DNA from: an uncultured Nitrososphaeraceae archaeon
GTDB lineage: Archaea > Thermoproteota > Nitrososphaeria > Nitrososphaerales > Nitrososphaeraceae
Length of the DNA stretch: 64,000 nucleotides
Assembly: GCA_963837175.1 (NCBI GenBank)
Contig: CAWIMJ010000016.1
Span: 96,001-160,000, forward strand
Direction: 5' to 3'
Every line of letters begins with the position of its first letter. Within the stretch, counting starts at the first letter, position 1. Both the position numbers and the translations under genes were made by a program. The notes under the pieces were generated by a model that had not been told where the DNA came from, searched no databases, and worked only from the letters and a program-made list of their open reading frames with translations. Below, one piece after another: positions 23,159-33,356 of the stretch.

Positions 23159-24091
23159 ATGACTTTGGCTTCGATGAAGATAAAGGGTGCAGAATATATC
23201 TGGTTTGATGGTAAGTTCGTCAGGTGGGACGAAGCGACTGTTCCTATTATGACCCATGCTTTACATTATGGAACTGCTGTCTTTGAAGGTATACGGGCAT
23301 ATGCTTCAAGAAATAACTTGTATATATTCAAATTGAAGGAACATATGGAACGACTTCACCGTTCTGCCAGAGTATATTCTATTGCTCTTAATTATTCTAC
23401 AAAAGATCTCTGTGAAGCAACTACACAGTTATTAAAAAAGACAGGGCTGAGGGAGTCATGCTATATAAGACCTTTGACATTTGTAGGATTGCATGGGATA
23501 GATCTGGATATTACTAGCGAATCTCCAACTCATACGGTGATTATAATTTTTCCATTTGCAAAATATTTTAAGGGAGAAGGCATTAAAGCATGTATTTCGT
23601 CGTGGCGTAGAATTCATGATACTGCAACTCCGCCTATGGTGAAGGCTGCAGGAAATTATCTTAATTCTATACTTGCAACCCAAGAAAGCAAACGTAATGG
23701 ATATGACGAATCCATTTTGCTTGATAGAGATGGATATGTCAGTGAGGCATCGGGTGAAAATATATTTTTAGTGAGGAATAGCAATATCTATACTCCCTCT
23801 ATAGCTAGTTCTGTACTCGAAGGAATTACACGCGACACTGCAATAACCATTGCAAAGAATTTAGGATATGAAGTAAAGGAGCGTTCTATCTCGAGGACAG
23901 AACTATATATGGCAGACGAAATATTTTTGACAGGTACTGCCGCTGAAATCATCGCTGTCACTAGTGTTGATGACCGAACGATAGGTAATGGGACAGAAGG
24001 TTTGATTACAAAGAGTATTCGTGAAAAGTATTCAGAAATCGTATCCGCACGTGTCGAAGATTTTATGAGTTGGTTGACTCCTATATGGTAG
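23159..24091 (+). CDS. ilvE: Branched-chain amino acid aminotransferase
   Basis: HALHYGTAVFEGIRAY, KAAGNY, EASGENIF, LEGITR, FLTGTAAEI. Confidence 0.96.
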   Translation: MTLASMKIKGAEYIWFDGKFVRWDEATVPIMTHALHYGTAVFEGIRAYASRNNLYIFKLKEHMERLHRSARVYSIALNYSTKDLCEATTQLLKKTGLRESCYIRPLTFVGLHGIDLDITSESPTHTVIIIFPFAKYFKGEGIKACISSWRRIHDTATPPMVKAAGNYLNSILATQESKRNGYDESILLDRDGYVSEASGENIFLVRNSNIYTPSIASSVLEGITRDTAITIAKNLGYEVKERSISRTELYMADEIFLTGTAAEIIAVTSVDDRTIGNGTEGLITKSIREKYSEIVSARVEDFMSWLTPIW

Positions 24092-25051
24092 TAAGAGAAG
24101 GCAAGCATAAACTAGCTATTGTCGGCGTTGGAGGATGGGGTAAAAATCACGCAAGAGTTTTGCATGATTTCGGTAGTTTGGTAGCGATATGTGAGAGTGA
24201 CCCTCAGCGTGGGAAAGAACTAGCAGATAAGTACGGTGCAAGATTATACTCTTCCATAGATGTCATGCTGAACAACGAGCAAAAATTAGATGCATGTCTA
24301 GTCTGTACACCAACTAAAACGCATTATGATATTGCCAAGAGAATAATGGAAAAAGGAATCAATGTTTTTGTTGAAAAACCACTCTCTTTTTCTTCTAAAG
24401 AATGCGAAGAAATGATGGATGTAGCTGAAAGAAATAAAGTTATTTTGACTTCGGGTTACATTGAGCGGTTCAACCCTGCTGTACAAGAAGTTAAACAGCT
24501 TATAGACTGCAATACATATGGGGATCTACTAATGATGGAATTTCATAGGGAAAACCGCATGCCATTACATGTCAAAGATGTTGGAATTATTTATGATACT
24601 TCGGTTCATGATATTGATACTGCGATGTTTCTGTTTAATTGTAGGCCACAAGTTGTATTTGCTCTTTCCGGTAAGAAATTCCACACTTATGAAGATTTTG
24701 CTACTATTATGTTAGGTTTCCGCGGTCACAAAGTAGCAATTATTGCATCAAACTGGATTACTCCAAAGAAAGTTAGAAAGTTTAGTGCAGTATGCACTGA
24801 TGGTACAATTGCTGGAGATTTTATCACACAAGAAATTACTATTGACTATAAAGATGCCACCATAATTCCTCGCCGCCAACAATTTCAGGAACCCTTGACT
24901 GTGGAACTGCAAAGTCTTTTGGATGCGATAGATGGCAAAATCGACAAGCCAGTTATTTCAGCAATTGAGGCGACAAATGTTACAAGAGTAGCAGAGGCGA
25001 GCACTTTTATCTAGTAATACTGGCTCTCCAATTTATCTGGATCTGGAATAA
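24085..25051 (+). CDS. Gfo/Idh/MocA family oxidoreductase (+1 indel near 24999)
   Basis: GVGGWGKNHAR, VFVEKP, ERFNPAV, DTSVHDID; correcting the indel gives the C-terminus AEAALLSSNTGSPIYLDLE. Confidence 0.92.
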
Positions 25052-25055
25052 TAAT

Positions 25056-25364
25056 ATGAAAAAATCAATGCTTGACATTCTTGCATGTCCTATAGACAAA
25101 CACTATCCATTAGAATTGTACGAAATCAATATAAAAAATGATAACGACAATAACGATATTGATCACAATGACAGTAATATCATTATAACTGAAGGTGTTT
25201 TGTTTTGTACTAAATGCTCTCGTTTTTATCCTATCATAGATGAGATTCCAGTCATGTTGCCAGATGAACTACGTGAAAAACAAACAGATATTAATTTTCT
25301 AAAGCAATGGAATGACAAAATTCCTGAAAAAGTTACAAAGCATGGAAATCCATACCATCTTTAG
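25056..25364 (+). CDS. trm112: Trm112 family methyltransferase activator
   Basis: LDILACPIDK...EGVLFCTKCSRFYPIIDEIPVML. Confidence 0.9.
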   Translation: MKKSMLDILACPIDKHYPLELYEINIKNDNDNNDIDHNDSNIIITEGVLFCTKCSRFYPIIDEIPVMLPDELREKQTDINFLKQWNDKIPEKVTKHGNPYHL

Positions 25365-26097
25365 AATAAAAAAAGAATTGAGAGAAAGGCATAGGAGAAG
25401 ACAGCTATGCAAATCATGGCAATAGTACGAATGAGTCTCGCGTAATACACTGTATTTTGAACCTGCAATAAATTAATAAAAATGTGAAGACCTGGCATTT
25501 TGCATATGTTTGGAGACATCAATAAAGGTGATAATGTTTCGAGCGCTCTCTTTCGCTCTGACTCAAATGACTATAAAGTAAAAACCCGGCTATAATACAA
25601 GAAGTTAATGTTCTACGCACGTCATTAGCATGTATAGCAAAGGTATTCATTGGTCCAATATTAGTTTTATCAATGATATTTTATCCTATGAACCATAAAA
25701 TGGTTGAGATATCCATATATATGAAGATGTAATTAGTGGCAAAGGAGAAGAAATACGGAGTAAGAATTTTGAACGATTAGAGTAGTCACAATAGCGGCAG
25801 ATTGAAAAAAATGTCCTACGCATTGTTATGTCATGAACCACTGACTTAAGTGAAATATTCCAGATGTGAATAATGACATGGAAAAAAGGATTTTGAGAAT
25901 TAAACGTATCGTCCATTAACTATCAATAAATAAATATTACACTGAATTAAAGACTGATTATAACCTGAATAAACTGTTAGTACAATTAACGACTAATAGT
26001 GCTTTCGAATATTTGTCATCCTGAGAGATTGTTAATGTTATTAATTATGAAAACAATGAAGGATTAGAAAAATGTTAATCAGTCTACATGGCTTGAA

Positions 26098-27294
26098 TTA
26101 TTTTTCTGATGATATTTTATCAAATGTCGTTTCGCATACAGGATTCGCTTTCATCAAGATAAAATCTGAGTTTCGTTTGTTTTTAGTTATAACTTTGGAA
26201 AAATCATATTTAGAACAAGCTACAATTATCATTGTTTTATCAGTTGGGTATAGATCAAAAGTGACACCTTGCTGTCGGTCAACATCTCCTATGTAATCTT
26301 TCAGTTTTGATTCAAGAGACGATAGTAGTTCTATCTTGTCGCCTCTCATCTCATTTGGATCTAGTGTCCAAGCAATGGCTACTTTAGTCCTACTTGCCTT
26401 TAATTCGCGTTTCCGTAGTATATCCCTAATTTCATCTATTAGATGTTTTATATAACCTTCTATGCCTTTGAGTGCACCGTTAACAAGATACATCAAAGGC
26501 CCTGCGCCACCCAAAGACGATCCAATTGCTCTTAAGTCATATAATCCGTTTGCAACATCATCAAGATATATCTCTCTGTATCCATGATGCATCACTTCCG
26601 TACGGACATTAGCATCATGGGCATGTTTACAAATTTCTAAGATGCTAGCCATGCCAGTGTAATGCCCTAAGATCTTGATGGAATGGACAAACTCTGCGGA
26701 AATGACGTTTACATAATTCAATTTATCATGTATGTTAGGATCATATAGCATCTTGGTTATCTGCGTATCCTGTCTTGATTTTAATGAACCTATCAAAGTT
26801 TCTGGACCTATAATGGCATCTGTATTGATCGGCATATAATAATAGAAAATATCTTTGCCTACAGACATACCGGTTATATGTTCAATTAATCCAATGTTTT
26901 CATTACTCCCTCCAATTCCCGTGGGAAGAGTATAAATAATTGAAGATCCCCTTTTCAAGGCTCTAATTGCATCTCTAAACTTGGATGTAACATCACTCTT
27001 TACCTCTTGTCCAATCTTCCGGATTCTTGGTGCAAAAAATATATAGTTAGCTTCACTAATTGCTACGTCAATTGGTTCGAGAGCTAGTAATGGTTCATCC
27101 TCGATTAAAGAGCTTACATTAGGATAGGTCCGAGCAATATCTGGCTTTAACATTATAGCCATTCGAGCAGATTCATCGATTAATGAAACCTTCAAACCTT
27201 TAGTTGCAATTGAAGAGGCAATGCGATAGCCTTCTGTACTTAATCCATATACTGCCGCTGTTATCGTTGTTGACGACGCTGATCTAGCACTCAA
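26098..27294 (-). CDS. Degenerate UDP-sugar 6-dehydrogenase-like protein
   Basis: N-terminal Rossmann-like strand AVYGLSTEG; C-terminal KVAIAWTLDPNEMRG resembles the UDP-binding domain; no GGHC catalytic motif seen. Confidence 0.6.
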   Translation of the reverse strand: MSARSASSTTITAAVYGLSTEGYRIASSIATKGLKVSLIDESARMAIMLKPDIARTYPNVSSLIEDEPLLALEPIDVAISEANYIFFAPRIRKIGQEVKSDVTSKFRDAIRALKRGSSIIYTLPTGIGGSNENIGLIEHITGMSVGKDIFYYYMPINTDAIIGPETLIGSLKSRQDTQITKMLYDPNIHDKLNYVNVISAEFVHSIKILGHYTGMASILEICKHAHDANVRTEVMHHGYREIYLDDVANGLYDLRAIGSSLGGAGPLMYLVNGALKGIEGYIKHLIDEIRDILRKRELKASRTKVAIAWTLDPNEMRGDKIELLSSLESKLKDYIGDVDRQQGVTFDLYPTDKTMIIVACSKYDFSKVITKNKRNSDFILMKANPVCETTFDKISSEK

Positions 27295-27400
27295 ATTATA
27301 TAATGACCTTCCTCCAAAAGCATCGCCCCAATCTCCTTAGCTATCTAAAGTATGGTTAAAGAAAAGGTTTTTCCATTGCAATTTAGTTATCGGATTATCT

Positions 27401-28474
27401 TTGAGAGTTTGGTTTGACATATTAACACCAAAACAGGTGATGTTTTTTAAACCTGCACTGGATTTGTTTAGGGAAGCTGGTCATGAATTATTATGCACAT
27501 CTAGAGAATATAGAGAAGTAGTAGAACTGTCGAAGATGAAGCAAATTCATCTCAAAATTGTTGGAAGACACGGAGGAGCAGGAAAATACGAGAAATTGCG
27601 TGAAAGTGCTAATAGGATATTTGAATTATCCCATATGATAAAGCAATTTGAGCCTGATGTTGCGATAGCTTTTTCGTCACCCGAAGCATCTAGAGTTTCA
27701 TATGGACTTGGAATCAGCCATATTGGATTCAATGATTCCCCACATGCTGAAGCCGTTGCACGACTTACAATCCCGCTTATGGACCATCTGTTCTCTCCCT
27801 GGGTTATACCTTATTCTGCATGGAATACATTTGGGATTCCAAAAAATAGGATAACAAGATATAGAGCTTTGGATCCTGCGGCATGGCTCAAACGGAGCCC
27901 TCTATCTCCATCTTCAGCATCCAATTTGACAAAGGAAATAGGTCTTGAAGTATCGAAAAGGAACGTTTTGATAAGATTAGAAGAGACAAAAGCTTCCTAT
28001 ATTGCAGACAAGAAGATAGAAAACACTATACATATGGTCGATGCTATTGTTGATAATTTATCAGCGACAACTAATATTATTATTTTATGCAGATATGAAG
28101 ATCAGATAATCGAAATTACAAAAAGATACAAGGGAAAAGCTTATGTTATGCAAAATGTCCCAGATGGGACCTTATTAATATCATTAGCTGACTTATTCAT
28201 TGGGGCTGGAGGTACAATGACAGCCGAAGCATCATTACTTGGAAAACCTACTATTTCTATCGCTCCTGTTCGCTTTTACGTTGAAAAGTACTTAATCAAT
28301 TCAGGCCTTGTAAGACGCGCTGTTGGTTCTAGAGACCTTATTCGGCTAAGTAAGAAGATGCTAACCGATGAACAGTATATTATTAGTCAAGAGAATAGAG
28401 CGAGATTTATCCTTGATAGTATGGATGATCCTATTGATAAGATGTTCACATTTATAACAAATCGGCTGTGTTAA
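27401..28474 (+). CDS. DUF354 family GT-B-fold protein
   Basis: MRVWFDILTPKQV, GRHGG, FNDSPHA, IGAGGTMTAEASLLGKP. Confidence 0.88.
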   Translation: MRVWFDILTPKQVMFFKPALDLFREAGHELLCTSREYREVVELSKMKQIHLKIVGRHGGAGKYEKLRESANRIFELSHMIKQFEPDVAIAFSSPEASRVSYGLGISHIGFNDSPHAEAVARLTIPLMDHLFSPWVIPYSAWNTFGIPKNRITRYRALDPAAWLKRSPLSPSSASNLTKEIGLEVSKRNVLIRLEETKASYIADKKIENTIHMVDAIVDNLSATTNIIILCRYEDQIIEITKRYKGKAYVMQNVPDGTLLISLADLFIGAGGTMTAEASLLGKPTISIAPVRFYVEKYLINSGLVRRAVGSRDLIRLSKKMLTDEQYIISQENRARFILDSMDDPIDKMFTFITNRLC

Positions 28475-29205
28475 GTTAAGGATAAAGATATAGCTGCAAA
28501 TGTACTCTTATATCCCATGGATCGTGTGGTCGTGTTTGAACGTAAGAGAACATCCGCATAGATAGTAGTGTATGCACTATACTTACATTTTCTAGTCTGA
28601 TTTTTTAAATACTTCTAAGGCATTGGAAGCTTTTAAAGAAAATAAACGAAGTCATGTTGCAGTATGGAACTGGGCATAACAATTGATCTAAAAATAATCT
28701 ACTCTATAAAGATTAGGGTCAGTGCTTTTCTCATAGAGAAGACCATAATCCAAATGGGCCATAATGATGCATGGTTATAGGTTGCAATTGAACCTACTCG
28801 TAGAATGGTTATAGATGTCTATCTATTGTCTATCTATCACTACACATAAATATATGCTTGTAATAGAAAGCTTTCTATAATCATTACTTGAAAAGCTATG
28901 GTAAGCAGAGTGGAAACTCAGATGGAGAATATGACACCCTGAGTTATGTTCTTCTCTTGGTCTTGAGTATATACTTCATCTCCGTTTGAGAAAAGCATTA
29001 TTGAAGATCTATCCAATATTTTAAGGGCAGAAGAGAATGTTTTGATGACTATTATCCTTGCCGACGCATGGGTTGTTGTGGGATATCTCATGTATACAAA
29101 TGGGCAAGCTTGTTTATGTTTAAGTGAACGCCGAAATTAGATATATCAAATTTACTACAATGATTAGATTAATGAGGGGGTGATCAGCCTTAACTTAACA
29201 CAGCC
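28464..29205 (+). mobile_element. IS6-like insertion sequence with decayed transposase
   Basis: Perfect 18-bp TIRs GGCTGTGTTAAGTTAAGG (28464-28481) and its reverse complement (29188-29205); near-perfect 8-bp TSD aacaaatc/aacaaacc; transposase remnants ETIIQMGHNDAWL*VAIEP and ECFDDYYPC. Confidence 0.9.
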
Positions 29206-29261
29206 AACAAACCATGCGTAACATTCTAAAGATAGTAAATTATACGAAAAATACGCCCGGA

Positions 29262-29352
29262 AGCCCGGTAGAGTAATGAATTCGCCGAATGTAGTGGCCA
29301 AGCATAGAGGCCTTTGGAGCCTTTGACCCCAGTTCGAATCTGGGCCGGGCTA
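29262..29352 (+). tRNA. tRNA-Gln(TTG) with an 18-nt insert (putative intron, position 10/11) at 29272-29289
   Basis: Acceptor AGCCCGG/CCGGGCT, anticodon arm GAGGC-CTTTGGA-GCCTT, T arm CCCAG-TTCGAAT-CTGGG; removing the insert gives a 73-nt canonical cloverleaf. Confidence 0.92.
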
Positions 29353-29492
29353 GGTTTTGTTTATAAACAATACACTAGATTATTTATTCTCTTTATTTTT
29401 GATAACCAAATATAAGATACATATTACTCGATGCAAATTAGTAAATTCTTTGCAAATGTCTATCTATCTTGGATTTGTTATCTTTATTAGGA

Positions 29493-30971
29493 TCAGTCTT
29501 TTAAGTAATTTTCAACAGATATCTTTAGGTTTTGGAAGGCAGCATCAACATTCTTCTTCCGTTTTGGCACTCCCTCCTTATAACCTGAGAGCCTACGTCT
29601 AGAAAACATAATCATTTCCTCCTGCTCCTTTGGATTTGGGGAGCCAAAAGAGATTCGTAACTCAAGAGATCTTTGCGGAGTGAGGTCTTGTATGACTCGC
29701 ATTAATTCGGCTGGTTGCAGATCTGATTCAATTTTTTCCACTACCTCTTTAATATCTTGTTCTTCTAACATCATAATCTGACCTTTGTTTTGGCGAGCTG
29801 CCTTCTCAACAAGACATCCGACTAGTTTGTGGGCAAGACGAAAAGGCATTGCTTTCTTTATAACTAATTGTTCTGCAATATCTACAGAGAGAGCATAGCT
29901 ATTCTTTGCTGTCTCTCGCATCTTCTCTTTGTGAACGTCAATTGAAGTTACAACTCTGTTAACTATTTTTACAGCTTCAAGAGCAGTACTTGATGTGTTC
30001 CATAAATGAGGTTTTAACTCTTGCAGATCTCTGCTGTATCCTGATGGAAGAGCTTTTACAATAGATAGGATCGTGACCAAATTACCAATAACAGATGACG
30101 CTTTTGCCCTGATAAGTTCTAAAGGATCTGCATTCTTCTTCTGCGGCATTGCACTGGAGGAAGAACTATATTCATCCGAGAGCTCCAGATATCCAAACTC
30201 AGCGGTGGACCAGAGTATAAAATCTTCTGCCAATCTACTTAACGTATTCATGAGAATTGAGATCACTGATGTAAACTCTATAAGGGTATCCCGCGAACTA
30301 GTTGCATCAACAGAATTTCTTAATAATCCGTCAAAGCCTAAAAAAACAGCAGTTGTTTTTCTATTAATGTTAATGCTCGAACCACCTATTGCACATGCGC
30401 CGAGAGGTGATTGGTTGATTCTTCCATATGTAACATAAAGTCTATCCATATCTCTAAAAAGCGCGTCCACATAGGACAAAAGATAGTGAGAAAAGGTTCC
30501 TATTTGAGCCTGCTGAAGGTGAGTATACATAGGCATTACAGTTTCTTTATTCTCGGTTGCCTTCTTCAATAGTGAATCAATCAGATCAATAATTGCAAGA
30601 CAAATGTTGTTAATATCATCACGCACCTTCATTCTAATGTCAAGTATTACCTGATCATTTCTTGATCTTGCAGTATGCATTTTCCCGCCTGCATCTATAC
30701 CAGCCTGTTTTATAACAAATGATTCTAACGATTCATGAATATCTTCAAAACTGTCTGTTTTTAGTTGTGTGGGATCCTTTCTAACATCCTCTAAAGCTTG
30801 CAAGATTTTTTTTAATTCTTGGATAGACAAAAGGCCAATATCACATAACATCATAGAATGCGCTTCGCTTCCCATTATGTCATAATATAATAAATCTTGA
30901 TCAGCATCCATTGAGGAGAGAAACTTCAAAGTATCCTCATTGAGTGAACCTCTTGGTCTTGATCGATACAC
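29493..30971 (-). CDS. argH: Argininosuccinate lyase
   Basis: MHTARSRNDQV, YTHLQQAQ, PLGACA, SSAMPQKKNAD. Confidence 0.97.
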   Translation of the reverse strand: MYRSRPRGSLNEDTLKFLSSMDADQDLLYYDIMGSEAHSMMLCDIGLLSIQELKKILQALEDVRKDPTQLKTDSFEDIHESLESFVIKQAGIDAGGKMHTARSRNDQVILDIRMKVRDDINNICLAIIDLIDSLLKKATENKETVMPMYTHLQQAQIGTFSHYLLSYVDALFRDMDRLYVTYGRINQSPLGACAIGGSSININRKTTAVFLGFDGLLRNSVDATSSRDTLIEFTSVISILMNTLSRLAEDFILWSTAEFGYLELSDEYSSSSSAMPQKKNADPLELIRAKASSVIGNLVTILSIVKALPSGYSRDLQELKPHLWNTSSTALEAVKIVNRVVTSIDVHKEKMRETAKNSYALSVDIAEQLVIKKAMPFRLAHKLVGCLVEKAARQNKGQIMMLEEQDIKEVVEKIESDLQPAELMRVIQDLTPQRSLELRISFGSPNPKEQEEMIMFSRRRLSGYKEGVPKRKKNVDAAFQNLKISVENYLKD

Positions 30972-31157
30972 AAACAGAATTTAATAAAATGGGTTTATTT
31001 AACCTATAATATATATGATAATTCACTCCCATTGTTTAGAAAAAATCAAAATCTTTTTAATACAAATGATGTTAATTTTACCAATTATGATCCATGGACA
31101 TTATCTTTTTCCAATTATATGCAATAGTTAAATAGGGTTTTACAAACTTATGTTATT

Positions 31158-31478
31158 ATGAGCCAGGACATGCAACAAACTCGTAGACTAATATTTGATG
31201 AATTAACGAAGATTGTCGATCCAGAAATTGGAGTGTCTATAATGGAACTAGAATTAGTTGACAACGTCGACATTAATGCAGATAAGGTAAATATCGATTT
31301 ACACTTGACTAGCCCATTTTGCCCAGCAGTGTTTGGTTTCAAGATTGCTCAAGATGTTAGAGATAATGTCTATAAAGTTCAGGGTATAGAAGGTGTTAAA
31401 GTCAATGTTAGTAATCACTTCATGGCTGATGCTATAAATAAGCAAGTAAATGAAAGTAAGCTTCCACCTAAATCCTAA
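31158..31478 (+). CDS. Fe-S cluster assembly protein (DUF59/MIP18/SufT family)
   Basis: IVDPEIGVSIMELELV, LTSPFCP. Confidence 0.92.
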   Translation: MSQDMQQTRRLIFDELTKIVDPEIGVSIMELELVDNVDINADKVNIDLHLTSPFCPAVFGFKIAQDVRDNVYKVQGIEGVKVNVSNHFMADAINKQVNESKLPPKS

Positions 31479-31661
31479 ATTTGTAATAAACTGGTGAGAA
31501 TTTAGTACTAATGAGCATATAGCAATGTTATGATTTTCATTTTATGATACACTCATCATCGAGTCAAAATTAATGCTCTTCTGATTAAGTCTAGTTTTTA
31601 AAATTTCAACGATATACTATTGGTGAAGATGGAGCAAAATTATTGAATGTTCCTTTTGACA

Positions 31662-32511
31662 TCAGATTGTGCTTTGATTCTGAAATTTTGCTATTTTTTT
31701 TTCATTTTTTGAAAAACCCATCAAATGACCTCTCAGTAGTTGAATGCCCAATGCTGGATCTACTCCTTTCGGACAAACTGTACTACATGATCCAGCAAAA
31801 TGACATCTCCAAATACCATGTTTCTCATCTACGATATTCAATCGCTCTTTGGTATCATTGTCCCGTGTATCTGCATAGTATCTGTAAGCCTGTGACAAAG
31901 CCTGGGGACCAGGGAATTTCGTATCCGTGGCTACAGTAGGACACGCAGAGTAACATAATCCACATTTGATACAATAGGAGAATTGCAAATATTTATCAAC
32001 TTCTTCCACACTCTGTTTGAATTCTATTAACTTTTTGCTGTCCGTCATATTACTATTTTCATTATGTATATAGGGCTGCATTTTTTTGTGGTGATTAAAA
32101 AATTGTGAAAAGTCTGTTACGAGATCTCGGATAAGAGGAAAATTTGTAAGGGGTTCACATATGATAGTATTACCCTCTAACTCTGAAATCTTTGTGTAAC
32201 AAGCAAGTCTTGGAATTCCGTTAATTTTCATTCCACAAGATCCACATGAGGCCATTCGACATGAGTATCTTATTCCAATACTACTATCATGATAACTCTT
32301 TGCATAAAGAAGAGCATCAAGAACAGTTGTCCAACGCTGTACCTGGTACCTCAAAGGAATCGTAGCTAACAAAATCTCCCTTGGATCTGTTAGCACGGAA
32401 TACTTTTAGTACAACATTATTGCGAAGTATTTCCTTTTTACTATTATCATCTTTTCTATTCCTATTTTTTATCATTCCTATTTTTTTAATGATTTCCTTC
32501 ATTTTACTCAC
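31662..32511 (-). CDS. sdhB: Succinate dehydrogenase Fe-S subunit (+1 indel near 32344)
   Basis: SCRMASCGSC, CIKCGLCYSACP, CHFAGSCSTVCP; N-terminal LKVFR..YDSFEVP lies in the adjacent frame. Confidence 0.95.
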
Positions 32512-32876
32512 TCTAATCCTAGTTGGTTAGCCATTATTATTGTTCTAGTACCATATGCAATTATAACTACCATCGCAGTTATAGTGAATATTGTAATGCC
32601 GTTTTCCCATATCTCATTCTGTCTCAATTCAAGCAATATGGTTCGTAGGCCGTTAAAACCGTGTATTGCAATGAGTACGAGTATCGACTCCAGAAGAAAT
32701 GCATATGGGATATTATGGTAGTTTACGATCACATTTTGGTACTGTAGGCTCATATTATATGGTATTATTAGACGCATTAAAATATGCACAGCGACTACAA
32801 ATAGTGCTCCTATTGCTGTAATGTAATGTATTTTCATAATTTGACTTTCATGCAGGAGTATCTTTCTTGTCTTCAT
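32508..32876 (-). CDS. sdhD: Succinate dehydrogenase membrane anchor subunit
   Basis: 3 TM, HGFNGLR heme motif, operon position. Confidence 0.88.
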   Translation of the reverse strand: MKTRKILLHESQIMKIHYITAIGALFVVAVHILMRLIIPYNMSLQYQNVIVNYHNIPYAFLLESILVLIAIHGFNGLRTILLELRQNEIWENGITIFTITAMVVIIAYGTRTIIMANQLGLE

Positions 32877-32900
32877 CAGTACATCTCCTTTTATTATTTT

Positions 32901-33356
32901 CTATTCTCCGCCAAGGAGTACACTAGAACCATAAAGCATTGCTACAGCAGCTAATATTAATGCAACCCATATTCCAGACTTCTGTCGATAGTTAAGTGAC
33001 ATGGCATCATAGGGATAGTCGGGTCTTCCAGGTTTGCCCAATCCCTTACCCGCATGGGTAAATATCAATCTAATACCGTTAGTGGAATGGAAAGTACTTG
33101 TTATTATCACCAATATCAAGAAAAGATGTCCCCATTGTGTTTGAGTTAACTCTAACATAGCACTCCATGCATCTGGACCTCTTGTCAGAGAGCTTGTTTC
33201 GTAAACATGGCCTATAAAATAGATGAGCAAGAATACTCCAGTTAATCTTTGTAGCCAATAGGATATACGCTCCCAGCCATATCTTGTGGGGTTTAGCCAC
33301 CCTTTCAAACCCTCGCGATTATTGCGATCATAATCACTTTCTTTTGAGCTTTCCAT
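32901..33356 (-). CDS. sdhC: Succinate dehydrogenase cytochrome b subunit
   Basis: LQRLTG, HSTNGIR; its ATG overlaps the sdhA stop. Confidence 0.9.
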   Translation of the reverse strand: MESSKESDYDRNNREGLKGWLNPTRYGWERISYWLQRLTGVFLLIYFIGHVYETSSLTRGPDAWSAMLELTQTQWGHLFLILVIITSTFHSTNGIRLIFTHAGKGLGKPGRPDYPYDAMSLNYRQKSGIWVALILAAVAMLYGSSVLLGGE

